Of a stretch of 32,000 nt of DNA, positions 9,067-18,075 are shown piece after piece. Numbering within the stretch: the first letter of the stretch is position 1; every line of letters begins with the position of its first letter. The DNA is taken from positions 6,300,001 through 6,332,000 of the forward strand of contig NC_003272.1 in the NCBI RefSeq assembly GCF_000009705.1, written 5' to 3'. The position numbers were made by a program, and so were the translations under genes. The notes under the pieces were generated by a model. That model ran no database searches and was not told the DNA's origin. It worked only from the letters and a program-made list of their open reading frames with translations. The DNA comes from Nostoc sp. PCC 7120 = FACHB-418 (lineage in GTDB: Bacteria; Cyanobacteriota; Cyanobacteriia; Cyanobacteriales; Nostocaceae).

Positions 9067-9321
9067 TTGATTTCATCAACCTTATTAGCAGTAGCTGCAA
9101 CTGTACCTGCAACACCTGAATGGTCGCCAACCGTAGGCATTATCATTAGTGCTAGCAGTGTGGTAGCTCTTTTGTTCGCTCTCAAAGTTGAATATCCCCA
9201 AGTAGGCCCCAAATTCCCTGGGTTGCCTATTAGCGTTCCCACCTTTATCGGTGCAATGGCTTTTGGTCATGTTCTTGGTATTGGTATAGTCTTGGGGTTG
9301 ACTAATATTGGTCGTCTGTAG
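9067..9321 (+). CDS. psaK: Photosystem I subunit PsaK (paralogue 1), apparently using a TTG start.
   Basis: The 84-aa product is (M)ISSTLLAVAATVPATPEWSPTVGIIISASSVVALLFA...FIGAMAFGHVLGIGIVLGLTNIGRL. It has two TM helices and the PsaK C-terminal FGH..G...VLGL motif. AGGAGA at 9054-9059 lies 7 nt upstream of the TTG at 9067, and there is no in-frame ATG nearby. Confidence 0.85.
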   Translation: MISSTLLAVAATVPATPEWSPTVGIIISASSVVALLFALKVEYPQVGPKFPGLPISVPTFIGAMAFGHVLGIGIVLGLTNIGRL

Positions 9322-9331
9322 AATTGGATAT

Positions 9332-9361
9332 CGTTAAGACTGGAATTTTCTGGTCTTAACG
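9332..9361 (+). terminator. Hairpin after psaK paralogue 1.
   Basis: The sequence is CGTTAAGAC-tggaattttctg-GTCTTAACG, a perfect 9-bp stem. It begins 11 nt after the stop codon. There is no clean T-run. Confidence 0.4.
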
Positions 9362-9568
9362 AATTCAAGTTTACAAATAATTTCTGTTCTTTCTCCAGCG
9401 ATGAGACTTGCCATTTGGGTGCAGTTAGCTTTTGCATCATTACCCCAACTTTAGAAGGAGAGTTGAACCTTTCTTATGAGAGAGGATTCTACTGCTTCAC
9501 CAAGTGGAGTATTGATGTTGCTGTTAACTAATCAGCTAAATCAATTTATTCATACAGGAGAAAGAACT

Positions 9569-9847
9569 ATGCTCTCATCAATCCTACTAGCGGCTCAAGC
9601 CACCGTACCCAACACAGGTACAACCTGGAACTGGAATGGCACACCTATTATCATTGCTAGTTGTCTATTAGTACTTTTAATTGCCGGCAGGTCTATTCGC
9701 TATCCCCATGTGGGGACAAAGATGCCTTTGCCTTTCCCTTCAATTTTCAATAATCCCAGCGTTGCCACATTTTTGGCGGCTATGAGTTTTGGTCATATTA
9801 TTGGTGTTGCTGCCGTGTTGGGATTGACTAACCTTGGTGTTATTTAG
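9569..9847 (+). CDS. psaK: Photosystem I subunit PsaK (paralogue 2).
   Basis: I prefer the ATG at 9569 ([41 protein letters not shown]...[25 protein letters not shown]). AGGAG lies at 9556-9560. The 31-codon extension in the track has no PsaK counterpart. Confidence 0.85.
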
Positions 9848-10147
9848 TTAATCTGTCTGCAATTCCGCTCTCTCTGCTCAGGCTAAGGTCTATAGGAACA
9901 CCAAAAAATATAATTATCCGAAATTGATGTTTTGGTAAGGTGCGTTAGTGCGATAGAACCTAACTATAATTTAGCAATTATTCATACTGATGCACCCTTG
10001 TATATTTTTTTGTTTTTTGTGTGTATGCCGTAATTGCTGGGGAGAGAGGCTGATACTTTTCGCCCATCTTGAAGATGTTGGCAGAAAAAAATGATAGTTA
10101 CGATAAGTTTTTACTTATTTAAATAAAGAATACGTAAAAATACGGTT

Positions 10148-10188
10148 ATTAATCTTTAGTTAACCTGAATTTATATTTACCTTAACTT
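10148..10188 (+). promoter_or_regulatory. Pho-box-like array: four 8-bp direct repeats with 11-bp periodicity.
   Basis: The array reads ATTAATCT-tta-GTTAACCT-gaa-TTTATATT-tac-CTTAACTT. Three of the four units fit the cyanobacterial SphR/PhoB consensus PyTTAAPyPy(T/A). It lies about 200 nt upstream of the ATG at 10388. Confidence 0.45.
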
Positions 10189-10387
10189 TTGACCAATAAA
10201 TTCTCGGATGTACCTGTAATTGACAGTCCACTCAATATTCATCTGAAAACTTCCGACTAATTTAGTCTACTCAGTAATGAGTAATAAAACTCCGCCAGCC
10301 TTAATTTCCGGCTTGTGGTGAAGTTTTCATGCTACGAATTTGCGGCACAACATCAACAAATCAGGCATCAGTTATTATATCCAAACC

Positions 10388-12055
10388 ATGACTATCCAAA
10401 AGCTTATCGCCACAATAGCTCCATCTTTTATTCTTTTAGGAGCAATGTTGGCTCCAGCAGAGGCAAATACCCTCAAACCGATAGGTACTTACAGCACAGG
10501 TCTATTTGAGCAGGGTGGCGCAGAAATTCCAGCTTACGACCCTATAAGTCAACGGCTATTTGTGGTTAATGGGGGGACTAGTAGTATTGATGTTATCAGT
10601 ATCAGTGATCCGACTAAACCCTCATTCTTGTTTAATATCGGTATCCAAGACTACGGTAGAGGAGTGAACAGCGTCGCCTTTAAGAATGGCTTACTTGCAG
10701 CAGCCATTGAAGATTTTATTCCCCAAAATCCGGGTAAGGCCGTCTTTTTTAATGCCAATGGCGAATTAATCCAATCGGTGGCTGTTGGTGCATTACCAGA
10801 TATGCTCACATTTACACCAGATGGCAAACGTGTCCTAGTAGCCAATGAAGGTGAACCGAATAGCAACTATACAAATGACCCCGAAGGCTCAATTAGCATT
10901 ATTAATATAGCTGACTTCAGTGTTATCAATGCTGGCTTTGGTCAGTTCAATAGTCAAATCGATCAGTTACGGGCAGATGGAGTGAGAATTTTTGGGCCTA
11001 ATGCTACCGTTGCTCAAGATTTAGAACCAGAGTATATAACTGTTTCCCCTGATTCTAAAAAGGCTTGGATATCGTTGCAAGAAAATAATGCGATCGCTAC
11101 CTTAGACCTGATGACAAATCAGATTACTAGTATCAGCCCCTTAGGCTTTAAGGATCATAGCCTGCCAGGGAATGGTTTTGATGCTAGCGATCGCGACAAT
11201 GCCATTAATATTGCCAATTGGCCTGTTTTGGGTATGTATCAACCCGATGGTATAGCTTCCTATACTGTGAACGGCAAAACTTATATTGTCACTGCTAATG
11301 AAGGCGACGCACGGGATTACAATGGTTTTCGTGAAGCAGTACGCCTGGGTAGTAATCAGTATGTCCTTGACCCTACAGCATTTCCTAATGCTAGTGTTTT
11401 AAAAAACACTGCTAATTTAGGTCGTCTCAATGTCACCACAGCTTTAGGTGATGAAAACGAAGATGGCTGGTTTGAAAAGATTTACTCCTATGGTGCGCGC
11501 TCTTTCTCCATTTGGGAATCGGATCAGGCTACTGGTAAGCTTAAGTTAGTGTTTGATAGTGGCGATCAATTTGAAAAAATTATTGCCCAACGTCTACCTG
11601 CATTCTTCAACTCTAATCATACTGAAAATAGTTTTGATACCCGCAGCGATGACAAGGGGCCAGAACCAGAAGACGTAAAGATTGGGGAAATTAACGGTCG
11701 CTTTTACGCCTTTGTTGGTCTGGAACGGGTAGGAGGTGTGATGGTATATGACATTACAGATCCAGTCAGTCCCGTATTTGTGGACTACGTGAACAATCGT
11801 GATTTTACAGTTCCTACAGAGAATGCGGATGGAACGACAAACCCAGCAGCCGGAGACTTGGGTGCAGAAGGTTTACTATTTATCTCAGCCGCAGATAGTC
11901 CCACCAGGAAGCCTTTGCTGGTTGCAGCCAATGAGGTGAGTGGAACAACTACTATTTACTCTCTGGACATAGAAACAGTCCCTGAACCCGGAACTATGCT
12001 TGCTTTAGGTGCAGTTGTTTCAACAACCATCCTTAGAGTAAAGCGCAGACGCTAA
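10388..12055 (+). CDS. Secreted choice-of-anchor-I-type beta-propeller protein with a PEP-CTERM sorting signal. Homologues are often annotated as alkaline-phosphatase-like.
   Basis: I prefer the ATG at 10388, giving the signal peptide MTIQKLIATIAPSFILLGAMLAPAEA. The body has repeated ..PD(G/S)K..(V/I)..NEG/ENN.. propeller-like segments (PDMLTFTPDGKRVLVANEGEP; EPEYITVSPDSKKAWISLQENNAI; TANEGDARDY). The C-terminus VPEPGTMLALGAVVSTTILRVKRRR is a textbook PEP-CTERM: PEP motif, TM helix, basic tail. Confidence 0.8.
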   Translation: MTIQKLIATIAPSFILLGAMLAPAEANTLKPIGTYSTGLFEQGGAEIPAYDPISQRLFVVNGGTSSIDVISISDPTKPSFLFNIGIQDYGRGVNSVAFKNGLLAAAIEDFIPQNPGKAVFFNANGELIQSVAVGALPDMLTFTPDGKRVLVANEGEPNSNYTNDPEGSISIINIADFSVINAGFGQFNSQIDQLRADGVRIFGPNATVAQDLEPEYITVSPDSKKAWISLQENNAIATLDLMTNQITSISPLGFKDHSLPGNGFDASDRDNAINIANWPVLGMYQPDGIASYTVNGKTYIVTANEGDARDYNGFREAVRLGSNQYVLDPTAFPNASVLKNTANLGRLNVTTALGDENEDGWFEKIYSYGARSFSIWESDQATGKLKLVFDSGDQFEKIIAQRLPAFFNSNHTENSFDTRSDDKGPEPEDVKIGEINGRFYAFVGLERVGGVMVYDITDPVSPVFVDYVNNRDFTVPTENADGTTNPAAGDLGAEGLLFISAADSPTRKPLLVAANEVSGTTTIYSLDIETVPEPGTMLALGAVVSTTILRVKRRR

Positions 12056-12120
12056 GTCAAATTTCTTTGGTCACGGCTAACTAACGCCTTGTGCAATTTT
12101 CTCTCAAAAATAACCACCAA

Positions 12121-12143
12121 CCCCTTCCCTACAAGGGAAGGGG
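12121..12143. terminator. Perfect 10-bp hairpin between convergent genes; a candidate bidirectional terminator.
   Basis: The sequence is CCCCTTCCCT-aca-AGGGAAGGGG. It lies between the stop at 12055 (+) and the stop at 12199 (-). Confidence 0.5.
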
Positions 12144-12198
12144 AGTAATAATTAAAGAGTCATTAGTCCAAAGCAATAGAAGAAGCATTTACTAATCA

Positions 12199-12741
12199 CT
12201 ACTGAACTATTCTCTTTTCTATATACTGACCTATCATTAATTGCTCACCAGCACGAGAAATAATAGTTTGTCTGGTGCGATATTTGCTACCAATTAACTT
12301 TAATTCTTCCTCAAACACTGAACCATTGTACTCGGTTCGCAAACATAAGGTTTTGGGGTTAGGAAAATTATACTGGGCTGTAACTGGTTTAGATGTGGCA
12401 AAACCGCGATCGCGGTACAAGATATTTCCTAAAGCACCAAATAGTGTGGAACCTTCCGACTCACTCCTATTCTTGAGAACATCTGTACTGCACCATGTAA
12501 CCTCTGCACCACAGATCAAAAAAACTGACTCAGCTAACTTATGTATCTGAGCCAGTTTTTGTAATTCATCGCAACCTTGTTCCAAAAATCGGATAGTGAT
12601 CATACTCATCATCTCCTTGGTTTCCCCATCAGGGAGAGTATAATAACGCCTTTGTGAACACCACTCACCAACTGACTCTTGAAAAAACTCGATGATTTGG
12701 GATTCATCAACTGTGCGTACAAGTTTTGACAGTGATTTCAC
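12199..12741 (-). CDS. Phycobiliprotein (bilin) lyase, CpcS/CpeS family, divergent paralogue.
   Basis: The 180-aa product has the N-terminal family signature FFQESVGEWCSQRRYY (family pattern FF..S.G.W.S.R..HH). Its size fits the lipocalin-like CpcS fold. The usual HH is YY here. Confidence 0.8.
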   Translation of the reverse strand: MKSLSKLVRTVDESQIIEFFQESVGEWCSQRRYYTLPDGETKEMMSMITIRFLEQGCDELQKLAQIHKLAESVFLICGAEVTWCSTDVLKNRSESEGSTLFGALGNILYRDRGFATSKPVTAQYNFPNPKTLCLRTEYNGSVFEEELKLIGSKYRTRQTIISRAGEQLMIGQYIEKRIVQ

Positions 12742-13280
12742 TCGTGATTGTCCTCACCTAAATGGCATAAATAACTGATTTTGCCTATATAATATATCGT
12801 AGCTAAAAGCAATTTCTGTTCAGAAAATTTAATATATTATCGAAATCTCTCAGAATTGCCTATGACATTGCTAGTATTATTGCTAATATTTGTGTATATT
12901 TAGTAAAGCTAAATATTTGCACTTAATAATTTTTAGGGAAAAAGCTAAGGACTAATTTTAGTTTCTTCAAGTTCCCTAACAGGAAGACTTTTCAGACCAA
13001 CATAAAAAATTCATACACCTTACATAGCCCAATCAAATATCAAACACAATCCTGCAATTGCGTAAATAGAGTAGTAGAGAAATCTGTTTTGACTTTATTT
13101 CGTAAGAGTAGTAATGTTTGACACAAAAAATTTCTTTGGAAAACTTGGTCTATTCTCAATACTATTTTTCAGTTGGCACTATATGGACATGATTGCTAGG
13201 TAAAAAAGGCTGTTATTTTAAAAACTTCCACAAACAGGGAAACCATAAATGATTTTCAACCAAAATCCACAGCAAAAATC

Positions 13281-14696
13281 ATGAAACAGCAAACTTACCC
13301 AGCAACAAGCCAGTTAATCAACACAAAATTACAATTTAGGAGCGAAATATCTGCCCACAGACAGATATTTCCTGGCTGGCAATGTGCAAAATACAGCTTA
13401 TTTGTTGCTTGTCTGTTGAGTATGGGTGTACTAACAGCAAGTTGTGGTTCCCTACCCAAGGAAACAGCAGAAGCCCAATCTCAGCAACGTGGTGGCGGAG
13501 AACGAGGCGGATTAGTGCCTGTAGATGTAGCGATCGCCCGTAGAGAAAGAATAGAGACACAACCAGAGTATACAGGTACAACCACACCATTCCGAACGAT
13601 ATCACTGCGATCGCAGGTAGAAGGGAGACTCTTAGCTTTGAACTTAGATGTAGGTGACACAGTTAAACGAGGGCAGAACGTCGGGCAATTAGATGACATC
13701 ATATTATCCACCAACCTCAAGCAAGCAGAAGCCGAACTCGCAGCTTTGCAATCAGAAGTAGCTAGAGCGACAACCCAGGTAAGTAATGCCCGCGCCCAAG
13801 TGGAAAGGGCAAGACTCGAAGTTGTACAAGCTGAAGCAGATGCCCAACGTCAAGAGAGATTATTTAAAGAAGGAGCTATATCCGAGCAAGCCGCCGAGCA
13901 AGCCCGCACAGAAGCAAAAACAGCTACTCAAGCACTCCGTGCAGCGACTGAGCAAGTGCGAACCGAAGAACAAGCCGTTGCTGCTGCCAAAGGTAGAGTA
14001 TTTGCCCAACAAGCCGTAGTAGCCCAAACAAAAGAACGCCGTTCTTATACGCGCCTCACATCACCCCTTAATGGTGTGATCACCGAGAGGGTCACAGAGC
14101 CAGGTAATCTCTTACAAGCTGGAGGAGAAATTTTAAAAATTGCTGACTTGAGCCGAATTAAAGTAGTAGTGCAAGTCTCCGAATTAGAACTAGGAGAAAT
14201 TCAAGTCGGACAATCTGTACAAGTACGCTTAGATGCTTTCCCCGACCAAACAATTATCGGTAGAGTCACCCGCATTTCCCCAACCGCAGATGCTACAGCT
14301 CGTTTAATACCAGTAGAAGTAGTAACTCCTAATAGTCAAGGCAATATTGGTAGTGGATTACTAGCAAGAGTTAATTTTGCCAGTCAAACTCCAGAACGAG
14401 TGGTAGTGTCACAAACCGCCATTCAAAGGGAAGGCAAAAACCAGCAATCTTCCCCAACAACCCCAAGACAATCACAAAATCAAAACGGCACAGTGTACGT
14501 AGTTACAGATAGCCAAGGTAAGCCAACAGTCACAGCCCGTACAGTAACTTTAGGAAAAAGTGCTGATGGCAAAGTAGAAATTTTATCTGGCTTACAACCT
14601 GGAGAGCAGTACGTCGCACGTAGTGGTAGACCCTTAAAAGATGGGGAAAATGTGCGTCTTTCAATTCTTTCAGAGCGAAACCCTGCAAGGAATTAA
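13281..14696 (+). CDS. RND efflux periplasmic adaptor (membrane fusion protein, HlyD_D23/AcrA-like).
   Basis: The 471-aa product has a hydrophobic N-terminal segment ending LTASCGS, which is lipoprotein-like. It has a lipoyl-type motif (GDTVKRGQNVGQLDD), a coiled-coil hairpin (QAEAELAALQSEVARA...), and a beta-barrel segment (LTSPLNGVITERVTEPGN). It is followed 60 nt later by the RND pump. Confidence 0.9.
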   Translation: MKQQTYPATSQLINTKLQFRSEISAHRQIFPGWQCAKYSLFVACLLSMGVLTASCGSLPKETAEAQSQQRGGGERGGLVPVDVAIARRERIETQPEYTGTTTPFRTISLRSQVEGRLLALNLDVGDTVKRGQNVGQLDDIILSTNLKQAEAELAALQSEVARATTQVSNARAQVERARLEVVQAEADAQRQERLFKEGAISEQAAEQARTEAKTATQALRAATEQVRTEEQAVAAAKGRVFAQQAVVAQTKERRSYTRLTSPLNGVITERVTEPGNLLQAGGEILKIADLSRIKVVVQVSELELGEIQVGQSVQVRLDAFPDQTIIGRVTRISPTADATARLIPVEVVTPNSQGNIGSGLLARVNFASQTPERVVVSQTAIQREGKNQQSSPTTPRQSQNQNGTVYVVTDSQGKPTVTARTVTLGKSADGKVEILSGLQPGEQYVARSGRPLKDGENVRLSILSERNPARN

Positions 14697-14756
14697 AAAT
14701 TCAAAGTAAAGATTTAGGTTGTGAATTTTTAATTTTTAATTGGAGCGCAGCGACTT

Positions 14757-17700
14757 ATGCAGCAAGTAAATAAAAGTGCTGGATTTAGTATTAGTACCGT
14801 ATCAATTCGCCAACATATCGGTACACTCATGCTCACCTTAGCAGTTATCGTGCTGGGTGTATTTTTTATTGTCAAGTTGCCCGTAGATTTATTACCCTCC
14901 ATTACCTATCCTCGTATCGGTGTCCGCATACAAGCACCCGGAATTTCCCCAGAGGTAGGAGTTGATGAAGTAACCAGACCCTTGGAGGAAGCATTTTCTG
15001 CAACTGAGGGTGTAGTGCAGATATTTTCTCAAACTCGTGAAGGACAAGTCAGTTTGGATTTGTACTTTCAACCGGGAGGCAATATTGACCAGGCCTTAAA
15101 TGATGCGACAGCAGCTTTTAACAGGTCTAGAGGTCGTTTACCAGACACCATTGAAGAACCACGTCTATTTAAAATCGATCCTTCTCAGTTGCCAGTATAC
15201 GAATTTGCCTTAACTTCCCCCTCTTTGGAAGGCTTGGATTTGCGCGTTTTTGCAGAAGAAGAACTAGCCCGCGAATTGGGTGTTGTTTCTGGAGTAGCCG
15301 GGGTAGACGTATCTGGCGGAGTGCAAGAAGAAATCAGAGTCAATATTGATCTAGACCGCTTGCAAGCTTTGGGTGTAGGTTTAACAGATGTTCTAGATGA
15401 ACTCAGAGACCGCAACGTTGATATTTCTGGTGGTCGGATTTTAGGACAAAATTCCGAACCTTTAACCCGTACCGTTGGGCGCTTTCAAAATGCAGACGAA
15501 CTCAGAAATCTGTCCTTTGAAGTCTCCTCAACTGCTTCTTCAAATCCCAACCAACAGCAAAACGTCTCCAACCGCCGCGTTTATCTCCGAGACTTTGCCC
15601 AAATTATCGATGGTGCAGAACAACAACGAATATATGTCTCACTCAACGGTGAGCCAGCAGTCAAAGTCAGTGTTCAAAAGCAACCAGATGCTAACACCAT
15701 TAATGTTGTTGATGCTGTAAAAAAACGTTTAGAGGAACTGCGACAATCTAGCATAGTTCCAGAAGGTACAGTGATCACACCTACCTTAGATGAATCAAGA
15801 TTTATCCGTAACTCTATATCAAATGTTACCAGTTCTGGATTGATAGGAACAGCATTAGCAGCGATCGCCGTCCTTCTCTTCCTTGGTTCCTTACGACAGA
15901 CATTTATCATCGTTGTTGCTATTCCCCTGGCCACCCTAGCTGCAATCATTTTGATGGGGTTATTCGGCTTATCCATCAATGTCTTTAGTTTAGGTGGTTT
16001 AGCTTTAGGCGTGGGTATAGTCGTAGACAACTCCATCGTCATGTTAGAGAATATCGCTGAAGGTGCAGGTGTAACTCCTGGTAAGGATAGTAAAAGCAGG
16101 TTAAGTCACAAGCAACTAATTGCTCAAGCAGAAACCAGCAGTCAAGAAGTCGAATCCGCTCTAATTGCTTCCACAAGTACCAACTTAGTGGCAGTGTTGC
16201 CATTCTTACTTATTGGTGGTTTTATTGCTCTACTATTTAACGAACTAATTCTCACGATTACCTTTTCTGTAGCTGCTTCGATCATCATTGCTGTAACAGT
16301 TGTACCGATGCTGACCTCTCGATTATTAGGCTGGAAATTTTCCAGTGGGTTGAGCAACTTTTGGCCATTGCGGAAATTCAATGAGCGTTTTGAAGCAGCT
16401 ACAAGGGGGTATAGTAGATTTTTAGCTGGCATCTTACGCTGGCGATTAGTCACAGTAGCGATCGCTATTCTCCTATTTGGTGGTGGTAGTTTATGGATGG
16501 CTCCCCAAATTCCCCAACAAATCCTCCCCCGTATTAGTACAGGACAAGCCAGCTTATTTGCTCAGTTCCCACCGGGTACGCCCTTAGAGACTAACAGCAA
16601 AGTCATGAGCGCGGTGGATGAAATTATTCGCCAACAGCCAGAAACAGAATATACTTTCACAACTGCCGGTGGTGCTTTATTTGGTACTAATACCAATGCT
16701 AACCCCTTACGAGGTACCAGCACCATCACCCTCAAACCAGGCACTAATGTAGATACCTATGTCGAACGAGTTACCCAAGAATTAAATAAACTAAATTTAG
16801 CAGGTATTCGTTTACGCTTGGCTCCTGGTCAAGTACGGGGTTTGATTACCAATAACTCCCCTGTACGCAATGCCGACGTTGATGTGATTCTCCAGGGTAC
16901 TAATGAAGACACATTACAACAAGCCAGCCGTCAGGTACTAGCAGCTTTAGAAGAACAAGCCACCCAAGTGAGATTTCGTCCCGATGCTGATGAACGACAA
17001 CCAGAAATTCAAATCCTGCCTGACTGGGAAAGAGTTTCTGCATTAGGATTAACGACTAGAGATATTGGAGACACAATTCAGACCGCCCTAGAGGGCAGCA
17101 TACCCACACAACTGCAACGGGGCAACCGCTTGGTAGATGTGCGAGTACAGTTAAATGAGTCAGCAGTGCAAACAGGTTCACAACTAGAAAGACTACCTTT
17201 ATTTGTTGGCAACAATCGTCAAGTTCGCCTCAGTGATGTCGCCACAATCGTCGAAGCTCAAGCACCCGGAGAGATTCAGCGTATTAACCAACGCCAAGTT
17301 GTCATATTTGCCGGGAATTTAATTGAAGGAGCTAGTCTAAGTCGCGCCATCGAACAGGTAAATAACGTAATTAGTAACCTGGAATTACCTGAAGGCGTAA
17401 GTGTTTTACCAAGCGCCGCCGCAGAATCCAATCAGCAACTACAAAGTTCACTGCAACTATTAGGCGGATTAGCTAGCTTTCTCGTTTTCGTCGTGATGGC
17501 AGTGCAGTACAATTCCCTCATTGACCCACTAGTAATTATGTTTACCATTCCCCTAGCACTAGCCGGCGGGATTTTCGGACTTTACATCACTAATACTGCC
17601 ATTGGTGCAACCGTCATCGTCGGTGCAGTTCTACTAGTAGGTATTGTCGTCAATAACGCCATCATCATGGTGGAATTGGCCAATCAAATCCGCGATCGCG

Positions 17701-17999
17701 ATAAAGTTGACCGTCGCACCGCCATTTTACAAGCTGCTCCCCAACGTTTACGCCCCATATTAATGACCACCATTACTACTGTTTTGGGGATGTTTCCCCT
17801 AGCATTAGGAATCGGTGAAGGCTCAGAATTTTTGCAACCATTGGGTGTAGTAGTGTTTTCCGGTTTATCCTTAGCAACACTCCTCACACTATTTATCATC
17901 CCCTGCTTTTACATCCTACTCCATGATTTATTCAGTGGAGCTTGGAGTAAGCCAGTGTTTATTTGGTGGCGGATGTGGAAGAAAAGGTTCATGTTGTAA
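14757..17999 (+). CDS. RND efflux pump, inner-membrane permease (AcrB/AcrD/AcrF family, HAE1-like).
   Basis: The 1080-aa product has a 12-TM architecture with two large periplasmic loops. Motifs seen include GLALGVGIVVDNSIVMLENI and VGIVVNNAIIMVE. Confidence 0.95.
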   Translation: MQQVNKSAGFSISTVSIRQHIGTLMLTLAVIVLGVFFIVKLPVDLLPSITYPRIGVRIQAPGISPEVGVDEVTRPLEEAFSATEGVVQIFSQTREGQVSLDLYFQPGGNIDQALNDATAAFNRSRGRLPDTIEEPRLFKIDPSQLPVYEFALTSPSLEGLDLRVFAEEELARELGVVSGVAGVDVSGGVQEEIRVNIDLDRLQALGVGLTDVLDELRDRNVDISGGRILGQNSEPLTRTVGRFQNADELRNLSFEVSSTASSNPNQQQNVSNRRVYLRDFAQIIDGAEQQRIYVSLNGEPAVKVSVQKQPDANTINVVDAVKKRLEELRQSSIVPEGTVITPTLDESRFIRNSISNVTSSGLIGTALAAIAVLLFLGSLRQTFIIVVAIPLATLAAIILMGLFGLSINVFSLGGLALGVGIVVDNSIVMLENIAEGAGVTPGKDSKSRLSHKQLIAQAETSSQEVESALIASTSTNLVAVLPFLLIGGFIALLFNELILTITFSVAASIIIAVTVVPMLTSRLLGWKFSSGLSNFWPLRKFNERFEAATRGYSRFLAGILRWRLVTVAIAILLFGGGSLWMAPQIPQQILPRISTGQASLFAQFPPGTPLETNSKVMSAVDEIIRQQPETEYTFTTAGGALFGTNTNANPLRGTSTITLKPGTNVDTYVERVTQELNKLNLAGIRLRLAPGQVRGLITNNSPVRNADVDVILQGTNEDTLQQASRQVLAALEEQATQVRFRPDADERQPEIQILPDWERVSALGLTTRDIGDTIQTALEGSIPTQLQRGNRLVDVRVQLNESAVQTGSQLERLPLFVGNNRQVRLSDVATIVEAQAPGEIQRINQRQVVIFAGNLIEGASLSRAIEQVNNVISNLELPEGVSVLPSAAAESNQQLQSSLQLLGGLASFLVFVVMAVQYNSLIDPLVIMFTIPLALAGGIFGLYITNTAIGATVIVGAVLLVGIVVNNAIIMVELANQIRDRDKVDRRTAILQAAPQRLRPILMTTITTVLGMFPLALGIGEGSEFLQPLGVVVFSGLSLATLLTLFIIPCFYILLHDLFSGAWSKPVFIWWRMWKKRFML

Positions 18000-18034
18000 A
18001 CACTTACCTGTAAGACTGACCCTAGAGAACCCAC

Positions 18035-18057
18035 GTTGACGGTCAACAACCGTCAAC
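18035..18057. terminator. Perfect 9-bp hairpin between the convergent RND pump and SDR genes.
   Basis: The sequence is GTTGACGGT-caaca-ACCGTCAAC. Confidence 0.5.
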
Positions 18058-18075
18058 AAAACTCATGTAGTATCG

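Noticed and set aside
9930-10000. AAGGTGCGTTAG...GATGCACCCTT, considered as a possible MITE or a remnant of a Nostoc dispersed repeat.
   Set aside because: The terminal inverted repeats are short and imperfect. Copy number cannot be assessed from one window, so there is not enough evidence to call a mobile element.
12862-12903. A 13-codon hydrophobic mini-ORF (MTLLVLLLIFVYI) in the cpcS-like/RND divergent spacer, considered as a possible type-I toxin or leader peptide.
   Set aside because: It has no Shine-Dalgarno and sits in AT-rich DNA, where such ORFs arise by chance. No flanking antisense or terminator structure was seen.
15185-17899. Several 60-122-aa ORFs inside the RND pump gene on both strands, with similar ones inside the adaptor, accA, aar, HlyD and GT4 genes.
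   Set aside because: All are nested within long, motif-supported genes. They are alternative-frame or antisense artefacts.
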